Source of the DNA: a virus
Lineage: Duplodnaviria > Caudoviricetes
Length of the DNA: 57,296 bases
IMG/VR virus record: IMGVR_UViG_3300010052_000003
Location: 1 to 57,296 of that record
Direction: 5' to 3' (one strand)
Shown here: positions 16,294 to 26,222 of the stretch, piece by piece
How the letters are laid out: every line of letters starts with the position of its first letter
Position numbering within the stretch: position 1 is the first letter of the stretch
Notes under the pieces: generated by a model
Databases searched by the model: none
Told to the model about the DNA's origin: nothing
What the model saw: the letters and a program-made list of their open reading frames with translations, nothing else
Translations under genes and position numbers: made by a program

Positions 16294-17118
16294 TCACCCG
16301 TGCGCTATCTTGCCCTGCCCTCGAACCGTGCCGGTCGTGGTCGTCGAGCAGATCATCACCATCATGAGGCAGCTATCGTTCGGGATCTCGGGGAAGCCGA
16401 GTTGCGCCCAATCGTACTGCTCGGCCTTGTTCGCCACGTTGGCGTTGACGACGATGCGCGGCCGGGTCGCGATCACGCCGAACGAGCCGGCGGTGCCGGT
16501 CGTCGCCGAGAGCGTGACGCTGTTGACGCCCCGGATGAAGCGGCCGGCGACGGCGGAGACGAGCGGATAGAGGCGACCCGCGCGCGGCGTCGCGCCAAGC
16601 GCGATGGCCGTGAGGTTGCCGGTCGAGCCGTCGTCATAGGTGACGTTCACCGTCGCGTTGACGCCGGTCGAGCCGAGATCCGTGAAGATCTCGATCCACC
16701 ATTGCACGTCGCTGTAGTTGGCATCGCCGCGACGCGCCGCCGGCAGTCCGCCGCCGAGGGTCGAGAGGTCGATGCCGACCGTCTGCGCGGTCGTCACCGT
16801 TCCCGACAGGCCGCCCATGTGAGCCAGCCGGTCGTGGACCTCGACGGTCGTCGCCGGGTTGCCGGCGGTGATCGACTGCCACGCATAGTAGGACGTGGCC
16901 GGGCTCGTCTGGTTCGTGAACCCCATCGCGCCCGTGAGGGCCGACGTGCAGAGCGCCGCCGCGCCGGGGATCGCGCCTTGCCCCGGCGTGCCCGTCGCGC
17001 GCCAGAGCGAGAAGATCTGACCGGCGACGGCGTTCGAGAGCGACGCCTTGTCCCACACGAGGCGGCTGTTGTTGTTGCCGAGCGCCGAGAGCAGCCCGTC
17101 GATGGTGGTGATCGTCAT
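16294..17118 (-). CDS. virion structural protein
   Basis: Gly/Thr/Ala-rich beta protein in the late operon. Confidence 0.7.
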   Translation of the reverse strand: MTITTIDGLLSALGNNNSRLVWDKASLSNAVAGQIFSLWRATGTPGQGAIPGAAALCTSALTGAMGFTNQTSPATSYYAWQSITAGNPATTVEVHDRLAHMGGLSGTVTTAQTVGIDLSTLGGGLPAARRGDANYSDVQWWIEIFTDLGSTGVNATVNVTYDDGSTGNLTAIALGATPRAGRLYPLVSAVAGRFIRGVNSVTLSATTGTAGSFGVIATRPRIVVNANVANKAEQYDWAQLGFPEIPNDSCLMMVMICSTTTTGTVRGQGKIAHG

Positions 17119-17174
17119 TCGCTGGCGCTCCGGATCTCAGGGAGGCGCGGCGCGGTTGCCCGCGCCGGCCGGGG

Positions 17175-17366
17175 TTACTCGGCCGGCGGCTCGACGGCTT
17201 CGAGTTCCGCCTCGGTGAAGTACCGCTCGACGGTGTCGCCCTCGGCGTTCGTCCAGCGGACGAGGAAGCGGCGGTCGAGCGTCGTCTCGTCAATCGTCGC
17301 GCCGACGACTTCGCCCTGAATGACCGGCTGAATGAGGCGCACGGTCGCGCCCTTGGTGAAGGACAT
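17175..17366 (-). CDS. small SH3-like phage protein
   Basis: FTKGATVRL..GEVV..VRW..RYFTEAELE. Confidence 0.7.
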   Translation of the reverse strand: MSFTKGATVRLIQPVIQGEVVGATIDETTLDRRFLVRWTNAEGDTVERYFTEAELEAVEPPAE

Positions 17367-17401
17367 GGTTCGGATCTCCGGAAGGGGACGAGGAAGGGCG
17401 A

Positions 17402-18076
17402 TCAGGCCGAAGCGGTGTAGGTCACGTTCAGCGTGTCGCCGTTTGCCACCGCGCGGTTGCCGCCCGTGAAGTTGCCGCAGGAATAGAGGATGCCCGTCGT
17501 CCCGCCCTTGGTGTTGTTCGAGATCAGGAAGACGCCCGCGATGGTCGCCGTCGCGTTGATGTTGAAGGCGGTCGCGGTCGTCGCCTTCGATCCGGAGGCG
17601 GCGGCGTTGAACGAAGGCGTCGGCCGGTTCGCGTTCGAATAGGCCGTGCTCTCCGTCCAACCCGCGTGCGACGCCGCCGTGTCGGCCGCGTTGTAGGTCG
17701 GCGACGAGGCCCCGTCGACCAGCCCAAGATACCACGCGGCGGTGTACGCCGAACCGGCGAGGTACTTGTCGAGCAGGTCGTTCTTTCCGACCGTGGTGAC
17801 GAGGTTTTCGACCTCGTCGACCCACTTCTCTTCCTCCATCGGCTTCATGCGGAGGTAGAGCGCAGTCGCACCGGCGACGTCGTCCATCAGGACGGCGGCT
17901 TCCCACGCGGCGCGAAGGGCGACGTACTCGTCGCGACATTCCTCGCGCGGGCCGATGCACGAGACGGTGTAGCGGCCCGTCGCCTTGACGGGCTCGGCCA
18001 GGGCGGAGTTGAACGCGACCGACGCGGCGATGGCGGCGTCGGGAGCGGCGGCTTCGATGGTCTTGCGGATGGTCAT
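17402..18076 (-). CDS. virion fibre subunit (beta-sandwich)
   Basis: NLVTTVGKN..WYLGL..NRAVANGDTLNVTYT. Confidence 0.7.
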   Translation of the reverse strand: MTIRKTIEAAAPDAAIAASVAFNSALAEPVKATGRYTVSCIGPREECRDEYVALRAAWEAAVLMDDVAGATALYLRMKPMEEEKWVDEVENLVTTVGKNDLLDKYLAGSAYTAAWYLGLVDGASSPTYNAADTAASHAGWTESTAYSNANRPTPSFNAAASGSKATTATAFNINATATIAGVFLISNNTKGGTTGILYSCGNFTGGNRAVANGDTLNVTYTASA

Positions 18077-18098
18077 GTGCGGTCGCTCCTGCGGTCGC

Positions 18099-18281
18099 TC
18101 AGTTGAGGTCGATCCAGATGTCGCCGACGGCCGGGTTGGACGGCGGTGTAGTCGAGACGGTGATTTGCGGGCCGGTGTAAGGCGCGCCTTCGGGACCGGC
18201 GGGGCCCTGCGGCCCCTCGACGAGGACCTCGACGACGGCCGGATCGGCAGGCACGACGACTTCGACGAGGACGTCAGACAT
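18099..18281 (-). CDS. collagen-motif fibre adaptor
   Basis: GPQGPAGPEG and PPSNPAVGDIWID. Confidence 0.7.
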   Translation of the reverse strand: MSDVLVEVVVPADPAVVEVLVEGPQGPAGPEGAPYTGPQITVSTTPPSNPAVGDIWIDLN

Positions 18282-18603
18282 CGACGTTCACCCATTCCGA
18301 TGCGACGACCTTGCCGAATAGGAGCGTCTCCTGGCGGCCGGCGATCCAGCGCTCGATCTCGTACCTGGCGGTATCGCCAGTCGGGATCGAGCGGGTCTGC
18401 TCGACGGTCAGGGACAGCTCGGCCTCGCCGGAGAGAGGCGCCGCGATCGCCAGGTTCTGGCGGATCTCGCCACCGAGCCAGGCGGCCCGGAATACGAGCG
18501 TCGAGCCGGTGAGATCGAGCAGTTGCGTCGGGCCCGTCCTGAACCGATAGGTGCGCGTGAGGGTGTTCCCCTTCCAGATCGGAAGCGGAGCTTGAGCCGG
18601 CAT
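18274..18603 (-). CDS. Ig-like/BppU-N-like fibre attachment protein
   Basis: IWKGNT..DLTG..LTVEQT..YEIE..LLFGKV. Confidence 0.65.
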   Translation of the reverse strand: MPAQAPLPIWKGNTLTRTYRFRTGPTQLLDLTGSTLVFRAAWLGGEIRQNLAIAAPLSGEAELSLTVEQTRSIPTGDTARYEIERWIAGRQETLLFGKVVASEWVNVDV

Positions 18604-18621
18604 GGCGTTGGTCCTCTGGTC

Positions 18622-18918
18622 CTACTTCGCGACGATCCAGCCCTTGAGGCCCGTGATGAACAGCCCGACCAGGCCGCCCATCGTCAGGATCAGGAGCGTC
18701 GCGCCCGCGCGCGCTGTCATGCCTTCGGTCGACTTCCGCAGGCGCCGCGTGAACCGGAAGTCGGCGCGCTGCTCGTCGACCTGCTCGGGATCGCCTGCAT
18801 GGATGCCGACGTCGCGGAACGCCTTTGCCACCCCGTCCTCAACGGCTTCCTTCACCAGGTCCTGGAGCTCGGACCGAGTCATATGCAGCACGACGTCGTC
18901 CTTCCCGGTCGTGGTCAC
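18622..18918 (-). CDS. membrane protein, possible holin-like
   Basis: Single C-terminal TM segment next to the spanins. Confidence 0.5.
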   Translation of the reverse strand: MTTTGKDDVVLHMTRSELQDLVKEAVEDGVAKAFRDVGIHAGDPEQVDEQRADFRFTRRLRKSTEGMTARAGATLLILTMGGLVGLFITGLKGWIVAK

Positions 18919-19241
18919 GGCGTCCCTCCGAACTCGGCCTGAACGGCCGCGTAGAACGTCCGGTCGAGTTCGAGGCGGCCATTGGCCTCCAGCAGCGCGG
19001 CGCGAAGCCGCGCGGCATAGAGCCGGGCGTCCTGCCCGGCGGAGGGGTTCGGGACGGCGACCGGCCTACCGAACAGGCTCGGGGCCGGCGGGAGCGTCGG
19101 GCGGTCTTGCGGGAGCGGGGGCGGTGCGATTGCCGGCACCGATGCTGCGCAGCCACTCAACGTCAGCAGGAGACAGAAGAAAGCCGATCGGGCAGGCGTC
19201 TTTCGCCCGCTCTTCGCGCTCGCGCCGAAGCTGTGCCTCAT
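18915..19241 (-). CDS. o-spanin (Rz1-like lipoprotein)
   Basis: Lipobox LSGC, Pro-rich, overlaps the Rz-like gene in another frame. Confidence 0.7.
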   Translation of the reverse strand: MRHSFGASAKSGRKTPARSAFFCLLLTLSGCAASVPAIAPPPLPQDRPTLPPAPSLFGRPVAVPNPSAGQDARLYAARLRAALLEANGRLELDRTFYAAVQAEFGGTP

Positions 19242-19530
19242 ACTGGTCCGCCCTCGCTGTTGCTGCTGCAGCCGCGGCGGCGAGGGCCACCTCGCCCGCC
19301 GCCGACTGCTCGCCGATCGTGCGCTGCGCCTCGGCCTGACGTTGGATCTCCGCCTTGGCCTTCTGCTCGGCCTCGATCGTCGCCTTCGCGACCTTGAGGT
19401 CGGCCTGGAGACTTTCAATCTTCGCCACGTCGGACCCGTCGATGCGGCCCTTCGTGTAGGCCGAAAGGCTCGCGCCGATCAGCGCCAGGGCGAAGACGGC
19501 GATCGCATATGGATTGAAGATCGAGATCAC
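19066..19530 (-). CDS. i-spanin (Rz-like)
   Basis: N-terminal TM, Ala-rich coiled coil, C-terminal Cys. Confidence 0.7.
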   Translation of the reverse strand: MISIFNPYAIAVFALALIGASLSAYTKGRIDGSDVAKIESLQADLKVAKATIEAEQKAKAEIQRQAEAQRTIGEQSAAGEVALAAAAAAATARADQYEAQLRREREERAKDACPIGFLLSPADVEWLRSIGAGNRTAPAPARPPDAPAGPEPVR

Positions 19531-19597
19531 CAGACCATTCCCAGCGCCACGAGGAACAAGCCGACCGCAATCATCGCGATCGGGAACCAGTCATTGC

Positions 19598-20452
19598 TCA
19601 TCCGAGACGGCCCTCGCGAATGGACCGGAGGAGGCCCCAGGCTGCGTAGACGACGCCGAAGACCACGAGGCCCGTGAAGACCCACGACAGCACCTCCGAT
19701 CCCTTGGCCATCCACTCGAAGCGCTCGAGCAGGCGTGAGACGCGGTCGATGCCCTCGACGCCGCCGAGACCGACGCCTGCAATGCCGATCCCTTGCCCCT
19801 CGGTCGTGGACAGGATGCGGACGGCCTCCGGCGTCGCCCGGCCGGCGGCGAGCGTGTCGGGCTGGCCGAACTCGCCGGCATCGCCGCCGGCCAGCCCATC
19901 AAGGCCGGCGAACCCGACGATCCGACCGGCGTTGCCGTCGTCCACCATCCGCGCGGCGGCGAGCTGCACCTCGCGCACCCGCCGTTCCCACCCGCGGCCG
20001 AAGACGGACCAGGTCGACAGGCGCCGCATGAACGCGAGCCGCCGCGCGCACAGCTCGGCGATCAGCGATTCCGCGTCGGCCGAGAGCGCCGCCTCGAGCG
20101 TGACGGAACCCGGATCGCCATCGACCCGCAGGCCGAGGCATCGCTGCAGCTCCTGGACGGCGCGCGATGGCCCGGAGTTGACCGCGAAGTCGAAGACGGC
20201 GAGGTCGACGCCGGCCGGCAGATCGTCGCCGCAGATGAGGCGCCAGTACTGGACGCGATAGATCTCGCGGACCTCGAGCTCGGTGATGCCCCGGACGCTC
20301 TGCTTTGCCTCGCCGCGCTTGGCACGCCAGCGATCGTAGACCTCCTGGGTGACGCCCTTCATCGTGGGGCCGCCGCGGTCGGCGGGGTGGTTCGACCAGC
20401 CGCCCTCGAAGCCAAGGACGACGGCAAGCGACCTTTCGAAGTTGGACTTCAT
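19598..20452 (-). CDS. GH108 endolysin with PG-binding domain and C-terminal TM
   Basis: EGGWSNHPADRGGPTMKGVT, FDFAVNSG, FGRGWERR. Confidence 0.92.
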   Translation of the reverse strand: MKSNFERSLAVVLGFEGGWSNHPADRGGPTMKGVTQEVYDRWRAKRGEAKQSVRGITELEVREIYRVQYWRLICGDDLPAGVDLAVFDFAVNSGPSRAVQELQRCLGLRVDGDPGSVTLEAALSADAESLIAELCARRLAFMRRLSTWSVFGRGWERRVREVQLAAARMVDDGNAGRIVGFAGLDGLAGGDAGEFGQPDTLAAGRATPEAVRILSTTEGQGIGIAGVGLGGVEGIDRVSRLLERFEWMAKGSEVLSWVFTGLVVFGVVYAAWGLLRSIREGRLG

Positions 20453-20550
20453 GAACGGCAGGCTCCTGCGGGGATGATCGAGCGCGCACAGAAGGCCCCG
20501 CCGGCGGGCAGGCGCGGGCACAGGCGGCCTTGGACGGAAAGTGGCGGGGG

Positions 20551-21057
20551 CTACGCGAGAACGACGATGAAGGCCGCCCACAGCGCTCCTGTGAGCAGCT
20601 CCTGCGGCTCGAAGGACCGCTGGGGTGCGATGTCCCAGCCGAGCTCGTAGGCGGCGGTCTGTGCCAGCGACAGAAGCGCGAAGGCGGGATGGATCAGCAG
20701 CACAGCCGGGACGAGGCCGACCAGGTTGCGGGCCGTGAACCTGACGTGGTCGTTCGGCAGCCGGCCGACGAGGATCTCGAAGCCGGAGGAAGCGCGGATT
20801 TCGTCGATGTGGTCTGGATGCAGACGACCGAGATCAGCCCAGCGTCCCCACGGCAGCAGCGACCAGACGAGATAGCTGAGGCCCACGCCGACGGCATCGG
20901 GCCAGGCGAGGAAGACGCAGGACGCGGCGCCGACGGCCACGGCCACATAGTACCGTGGATGCCCGGGCAGCCGATCGCCGCCGAAACCGCCGCCACGCAC
21001 GCGGTTGAGGATGGCGAGCAGGACCATGAAGGCCAGCACCAGCAGCACGTCTGCCAT
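20551..21057 (-). CDS. multi-pass membrane protein
   Basis: Several hydrophobic segments; NRVRGG, ELLTGA. Confidence 0.65.
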   Translation of the reverse strand: MADVLLVLAFMVLLAILNRVRGGGFGGDRLPGHPRYYVAVAVGAASCVFLAWPDAVGVGLSYLVWSLLPWGRWADLGRLHPDHIDEIRASSGFEILVGRLPNDHVRFTARNLVGLVPAVLLIHPAFALLSLAQTAAYELGWDIAPQRSFEPQELLTGALWAAFIVVLA

Positions 21058-21059
21058 GG

Positions 21060-22265
21060 TCACCCCCAGATGACGGCGTAGATCGACGAGGTCGTCGCGA
21101 TCCACGTCACGGTTCCCGTCTGTGTCGCGCCGCGGAGCTGCCACGTCCTGAGCCCTTCGGCCGGGAGGTAGGCAACCTTCGGGATGGAATGCGCGTGCGG
21201 GTCGCCGATCGCCGACGACTGCTGCGTGCTGATCGGCCCGACGGCGCTCGCGCCGTCGAAGAACTGCGCGACCGAGCGGCCCGCCGCCGAGCCGTGCTGG
21301 AACCCGATATGCGCCGCCAGATCGACGACCGTGTCGGCCCAGGTGATCGCCGAGACCGTGAGATCCCCGGCGAAGAACGTGAGCGAGGTCGACGCCGTGC
21401 CCTGGTTGGATCCAAGCGCGGCCGAGACGAAGCGCGCGCGGCGGTTCCAGTAGGACGACACGCCCCGATAGGTAGCGTCGTCGCGGAACGTGGTGTTGCT
21501 CGGCAGGCTGACCGCACCGACGAGCAACCGGGTCTGGTCGCCCGTCTTGATCGGAAGGCCCGTGCCCGTGTCGCGCGACCAGCCGGTCGCCGACGCCTCG
21601 AGCGCGACGGCCGAGCCGTTCCAGAACGCATAGACGAAGTAGAACCCGGCGTTGATGCCCGTCGACGCGAGGTCGACGCCCGCGTCTGGGATCGTCCGCA
21701 GGATCGGGACGCCGCCGGCCGGGATGGGGATCTGCCGGCCGCCGAAACGGGAGAGGCGGATCGTCGTCGACGACACGAAGTCGAGCCGGCACATCGGCGC
21801 CGTGCTCTCGACCGCGCCGGCCGCCGGCTGAACGCGCGGGCCGACGGAGCGGAGGCGGAAGCGGTCGGCGGAGGCGATGTAGGTCGCCTCGTAGATCCCG
21901 CCCGAGATGAGATCCGACGCGGCGATCGCGACGCCGCCCTGCGTCTGGAGCTGCTTGGCCGCAGTCGCCCCCGAGACCTTCAGGGTGTCCGACCCGACAC
22001 TGTCCTGGTGCGCACGGAAGACGATGGCAAAGCCGTCGACCAGGCTGGCCGGATCGCGCGCCGAGGCGACGACGTAGGTTCCGGATGCGCCAGACGACAC
22101 CAGGCCGCCCGACAGGTCGGTCGTCAGCTTCGCGACCGCCAAGTCGATGATCTGCTGTAGCGTCGTCTTCTTGGCGCCGCTCTGGCTGACCGGCACGCGC
22201 TCGGTGCCGGTCAGCGGGCCCGCATCGTTCAGCCCGTCGATCGGGACCCGGCTCTCGAGCGGCAT
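21060..22265 (-). CDS. tail fibre protein
   Basis: LTGTERVPVSQSG N-terminus, RLLVG..SYWNR domain; tail region. Confidence 0.7.
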   Translation of the reverse strand: MPLESRVPIDGLNDAGPLTGTERVPVSQSGAKKTTLQQIIDLAVAKLTTDLSGGLVSSGASGTYVVASARDPASLVDGFAIVFRAHQDSVGSDTLKVSGATAAKQLQTQGGVAIAASDLISGGIYEATYIASADRFRLRSVGPRVQPAAGAVESTAPMCRLDFVSSTTIRLSRFGGRQIPIPAGGVPILRTIPDAGVDLASTGINAGFYFVYAFWNGSAVALEASATGWSRDTGTGLPIKTGDQTRLLVGAVSLPSNTTFRDDATYRGVSSYWNRRARFVSAALGSNQGTASTSLTFFAGDLTVSAITWADTVVDLAAHIGFQHGSAAGRSVAQFFDGASAVGPISTQQSSAIGDPHAHSIPKVAYLPAEGLRTWQLRGATQTGTVTWIATTSSIYAVIWG

Positions 22266-22268
22266 GGA

Positions 22269-22922
22269 TCAACCCTCCGGCCAGGCCACGGCCGCCGCCG
22301 CCGCGCGAGCGCCGGCCTCCGTCGTGGCGGCGGCGATCGCCGCCTTCGTCCCGAGACGCGCGGCCTCGATCGCGCCGGCGATCTGACGCCATGCCGCCGC
22401 CGTGGCGAGGACGACGCCGGCGACGTCGGACACCGTCTCACCCTCGATTCCGATCGACGCGGCGAGGAGCGGGTAGTCGGCCGGGTCGGGAGACTGCTCG
22501 GCGCTCGCGCGCCGAGCCTCGTCTTCCTTGGCCACGTAGACGGCCTGCTGCGTCGCGCCGGGCGTGACGTAGCGCAGCCGCTCGCGCTCGGCGTCGCGGT
22601 CGATCGCGGCCTGCAGCTGGATCTTGAGAACCGCGAGCTTCTCCGTGGAGCTCTCGGCGCGCCACCCGCCTTCGATGGCGATCAGCCGGTCGGTCCAGAT
22701 GCAGTCGACGGACGGCCAGGCCGGGTCGATCTGCTGGACCTGCTTGCGGCCTTCGGGATCGATCCAGAAGCGGCTGAACGAGGCCGCATCGACGACGCGT
22801 CCGTCCAGGACGCGCAGCCGTTCCATCGGCAGGCCGACGAGCCCCTCCGGGACCTCCGGCAATCCGCCCGCGTCGCCGGCGATCAGGCCGGTGACGATGG
22901 TGTTCGTGAAGTCGGCGCGCAT
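22269..22922 (-). CDS. tail fibre assembly/chaperone-like protein
   Basis: IDRDAERERLRYVTPG..YVAKEDEA..IEAARLGTKAAI. Confidence 0.65.
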   Translation of the reverse strand: MRADFTNTIVTGLIAGDAGGLPEVPEGLVGLPMERLRVLDGRVVDAASFSRFWIDPEGRKQVQQIDPAWPSVDCIWTDRLIAIEGGWRAESSTEKLAVLKIQLQAAIDRDAERERLRYVTPGATQQAVYVAKEDEARRASAEQSPDPADYPLLAASIGIEGETVSDVAGVVLATAAAWRQIAGAIEAARLGTKAAIAAATTEAGARAAAAAVAWPEG

Positions 22923-22936
22923 GGTGGTTCCTTCGG

Positions 22937-23860
22937 TTACGCGACGGCGAGGCCGGACGCGGTCGCGCCGGCGCCGGCCTCGGGCCAGTCGATCAGGTAG
23001 TTTCCGGAGGCCACGTAGCGGGTCGTGAGCGACGCATCGACCGACGTGTCCATGTCGTTGTAGGCGCCCTCGGCGAGCGTGCGGCTCGTGAGCGCGACGT
23101 TGACCTGCGGACGGCGCGACCAGTTGAGCGTGGCGCTCCACGTGCCGGTGAGCGCATTGCTCGCCGTCGTCGAGATCGAGGCCGAGTAGCTGGCGAAGAG
23201 CCGGGCCGCGTTGGCAAGGGCCGTGACAGTCAGGGCATTGGCGCCGTTGGTCACCACCCGCGCGACGAGCATGTCGTCGAGCGTCGTGTCGAACGCGACG
23301 TTGCTCTCGGCGAGCGCACCGGGGTTGTACGCGCCGTCGGCGAGGTCACGCAGCCGGAAGCCGTTCGTCCGGTCGAACCGGAGGTGGTAGGTCTTGTTCG
23401 CAACCGTTGCGAAGGTTCGGGCCCCGAGCGAGTAGCTGTCCGTCGAGAACTTCCGGACGCCCCGGATCACGAACTCCTGGGCAGCGTTGACGATGATCTG
23501 GCCCGTCGACGTCGTGAAGGCGAGCACCTTCCCGACCGTCAGGATGTCCGGGAAGATCGGGACCGCGAGGTAGGCCTGCGTGTACGTGACCGCGTCGGCC
23601 GAACCGGCACGGATCGCGTCGAGCAGCATGTCGTCGAAGGTCGGATCGACGAGGGTGCGGTCGGTGATGCCGAGGCCCCGGATGGCGCGCCGCAGCTGCG
23701 CGGTGATCCCGTTGAGCCACGACGCACGGATCTGCGTCCCGTCCTGGAGCGCGGGCGACGTGCAATCCTTGAACCACGTGTCGTCCGGGCCGAGGGTCCG
23801 GTCGTCGGCCGGCCGGACCGTGGTGGCGTTGATGGAGGCCGGGCCGAGAGTGTCGGTCAT
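22937..23860 (-). CDS. baseplate-attached tail fibre protein
   Basis: DGTQIRASWLNGI..DMLLDAI anchor motif directly after the gp48-like gene. Confidence 0.75.
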   Translation of the reverse strand: MTDTLGPASINATTVRPADDRTLGPDDTWFKDCTSPALQDGTQIRASWLNGITAQLRRAIRGLGITDRTLVDPTFDDMLLDAIRAGSADAVTYTQAYLAVPIFPDILTVGKVLAFTTSTGQIIVNAAQEFVIRGVRKFSTDSYSLGARTFATVANKTYHLRFDRTNGFRLRDLADGAYNPGALAESNVAFDTTLDDMLVARVVTNGANALTVTALANAARLFASYSASISTTASNALTGTWSATLNWSRRPQVNVALTSRTLAEGAYNDMDTSVDASLTTRYVASGNYLIDWPEAGAGATASGLAVA

Positions 23861-23871
23861 GTGCGCGATCC

Positions 23872-24564
23872 TTAGCCGGTGACGAAGTAGCGACCGTCCT
23901 CGGTCCCGAGGTGCGTCGTGTCGTTCGCCATGATGTAGGTGGGCGGTGCCACGGTGACGTAGTCGACGCGGATGTGCGCGTGCACGACGCGCTCGAGGAT
24001 GCAGACCAGCGGCGAGATGTCGGGCGGACACGCCAGCGGCAGGCCTGCCTGCAGGGCGCCTGCGTAAGGCTGGGTCGAATAGCCGCCCTCATAGGCAGGG
24101 CTCTCGGACAGGTCGACCTCGATCACGATCGAGCCGCCCGTTCGTCCGCCAGGCAGCGCGATGCCGGCCAGGGCGCAACCCGCGACGTCGCCGCAGCCCG
24201 TGTCCGTGCATCGGATCGCCCACCCCGCCAGGCGGGCGACCTCGGTGTAGTACTCGCAGGTCGAGCCGCCCAACGCCGCGACCTTGGTGCACAGGTCGGG
24301 GAACGGATCGCAGGCGTCCGGGAGGCCGTACTCGGCCAGCCACAGGTCGTTCGTCTCAGCGCGGGTCGCGCACCAGAACTCGGCGCGCAGGTCGCAGATG
24401 CGGCGGTTGGCGAACTCGACCACGGCCGCGATCGCCGTCCAGAACTGCCGCAGCGTGGAGCCCGTGTAGGGCCCGCCGTCGTGCGTCTGCCAGGCGCGGC
24501 CGCGCGGCAGGAGCGCGAGCGCCTGCGGGACGATGTCGTCCTTCGTCGGACAGATATCGGACAT
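23872..24564 (-). CDS. Mu gp48-like (DUF2313) baseplate wedge protein
   Basis: LALLPRGRAW, EYGLPD, CILERVVHAH. Confidence 0.85.
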   Translation of the reverse strand: MSDICPTKDDIVPQALALLPRGRAWQTHDGGPYTGSTLRQFWTAIAAVVEFANRRICDLRAEFWCATRAETNDLWLAEYGLPDACDPFPDLCTKVAALGGSTCEYYTEVARLAGWAIRCTDTGCGDVAGCALAGIALPGGRTGGSIVIEVDLSESPAYEGGYSTQPYAGALQAGLPLACPPDISPLVCILERVVHAHIRVDYVTVAPPTYIMANDTTHLGTEDGRYFVTG

Positions 24565-24590
24565 GGATCGGTCCTGGTGCCGGCCGAGGC

Positions 24591-25694
24591 TCAGACGAAG
24601 GTGACGGTGCCCAGCACCGGCAGCGATCCGGCGGCAAGCGCCACGTCACCAGCCGGGGCGACGAGCACGTGACGCTCCTCGCCGGTGGCATTCGCGATCG
24701 CCTGCCACACCCACGACCGGGAGAACGAGCCCGGGACCGCGAGGAACGGCATGGCCGGATGAGGCGTATCGCTCCCGGTGACGCGGCCCAGGCGCACGAA
24801 GGCGACGCGCAGCTCGGCGAGGATCGCCTCCCGGACCGCGACGGTCGACGGTTCGAGCCCCGAGACGGTCACGTCGATCGTGACCGGCGTCGGCGCGGCG
24901 ACGTTGACGACGGTTCCGGCCGGCGCCCGCGCCTCGAGGTCGGCCTGGACCATGGCGATCATGTCCAGGCTCGGGATGCCGTCGATCGTCGCCCCGTCGG
25001 TGAGCGGGAAGACGCGGACGGTGCCGGGCCCGCCCCAGCGCCTTTCGACGAACACCCTGGTGACGCCCGGGATCGCCGATGCCCACACCACGTAGTCGGC
25101 CGGGGCGCCGCCCTGGAACGGGTTGCGCTTTCGGAACAGGATCCGCGTGCGCAGCGTCTCGTCGTCCTCGACGTCCGCGCCGCCCGGCAGGCCCCCGTCT
25201 GCGACGGCTGTCGTTGCCGAGCCGACCACGCCCGACACGATCGACAGCGGTGCGCCCTCGACCGTCGTTCCGCCGGCGCCAGCCACGACGGCCGTTGCGG
25301 GCAGCGTCAGGAGGCCGGCGCCAAGGCGTGAGCCGGCCGCTGTGATGACGAACTGCACGCCGTCCGCGCGCTGGACGACCGCGCCGAGCGCCACCGTGAG
25401 GTTGCCGCTCGAGGTGAAGGTCACCGAACCCGTGGCAAGCGCGCTCGGCCGCCGGGCGAGTCCGATCTCGGACGCATGCAGGTCGAGCCACTCGCCCTCG
25501 GCGGTCAGCGCGAACTTCTGCTTCTGCACCTGGTCGAGCCGGCCGAACAGCTCCCACATGAGGCCACCGAGGACCTTGGAGATGACCGCCAGATTGTTCG
25601 GCCACAGCCAGGCGTCGGAACCGGGCAGCTCCGAGCGGAACGCGTTTCGAGCCCGCGAGACCAGGTCCGACAGCGAAGGGATCGTGAAGGCCAT
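24591..25694 (-). CDS. baseplate J-like protein (Mu gp47)
   Basis: TAEGEWLD, GGADVEDDETLRTR, GGAPADYVVWA. Confidence 0.92.
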   Translation of the reverse strand: MAFTIPSLSDLVSRARNAFRSELPGSDAWLWPNNLAVISKVLGGLMWELFGRLDQVQKQKFALTAEGEWLDLHASEIGLARRPSALATGSVTFTSSGNLTVALGAVVQRADGVQFVITAAGSRLGAGLLTLPATAVVAGAGGTTVEGAPLSIVSGVVGSATTAVADGGLPGGADVEDDETLRTRILFRKRNPFQGGAPADYVVWASAIPGVTRVFVERRWGGPGTVRVFPLTDGATIDGIPSLDMIAMVQADLEARAPAGTVVNVAAPTPVTIDVTVSGLEPSTVAVREAILAELRVAFVRLGRVTGSDTPHPAMPFLAVPGSFSRSWVWQAIANATGEERHVLVAPAGDVALAAGSLPVLGTVTFV

Positions 25695-25700
25695 TGGGCG

Positions 25701-26222
25701 TCACCCAACCTGCTGCCAGAGGAGATCGAACTTGCGGTCGTAGACCTGGCCGCCGAAGCGGTCGTAGAGCTGCACGAGCAGGTCGAGGCGGTTGCGCTCG
25801 GGCTGCGCCTCGACGGTGACGGCGATGCGCGCGACGGCGCCCTGGCTGACGAGCGGCACGAGGGCCTCGGCGGCGAGCGATTCGGCCCAGCGGGCAGTCT
25901 CCGCCGTGACGACGCTGCGCTCGAGGAGCCAGAGCAGCGAGCCGAGATCGCCTTCGCCGAGGTCTGACCGGACATCGACGCCGTCGCCCCACCAGCCGCG
26001 GGGATCATCGTCGGCGAAGCGCGCCAGCGGGTGATCGGACGGACACCTGCGATCGGTGAAGAGCGCCAGGATGACGGCCGTCTCGAGTGCCTTCTCTGCC
26101 TGCAGGCCTCCGCCCTTGAGCGCCCAGTCTCCCGAGTGCGTGGCCTGCTGCCAGACGGTGTCGGGCAAGAGCCACGGGCTGTCGCGATCGGCCTCGCCGT
26201 CGCGGATCCTGATCGCCGTCAT
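25701..26222 (-). CDS. Mu gp46-like baseplate protein
   Basis: LETAVILALFTDRR, RGWWGD, GSLLWLL. Confidence 0.92.
   Translation of the reverse strand: MTAIRIRDGEADRDSPWLLPDTVWQQATHSGDWALKGGGLQAEKALETAVILALFTDRRCPSDHPLARFADDDPRGWWGDGVDVRSDLGEGDLGSLLWLLERSVVTAETARWAESLAAEALVPLVSQGAVARIAVTVEAQPERNRLDLLVQLYDRFGGQVYDRKFDLLWQQVG

Noticed and set aside
14448..23860. Diversity-generating retroelement or invertible tail-fibre cassette
   Set aside because: No reverse transcriptase, invertase or template/variable repeat pair seen
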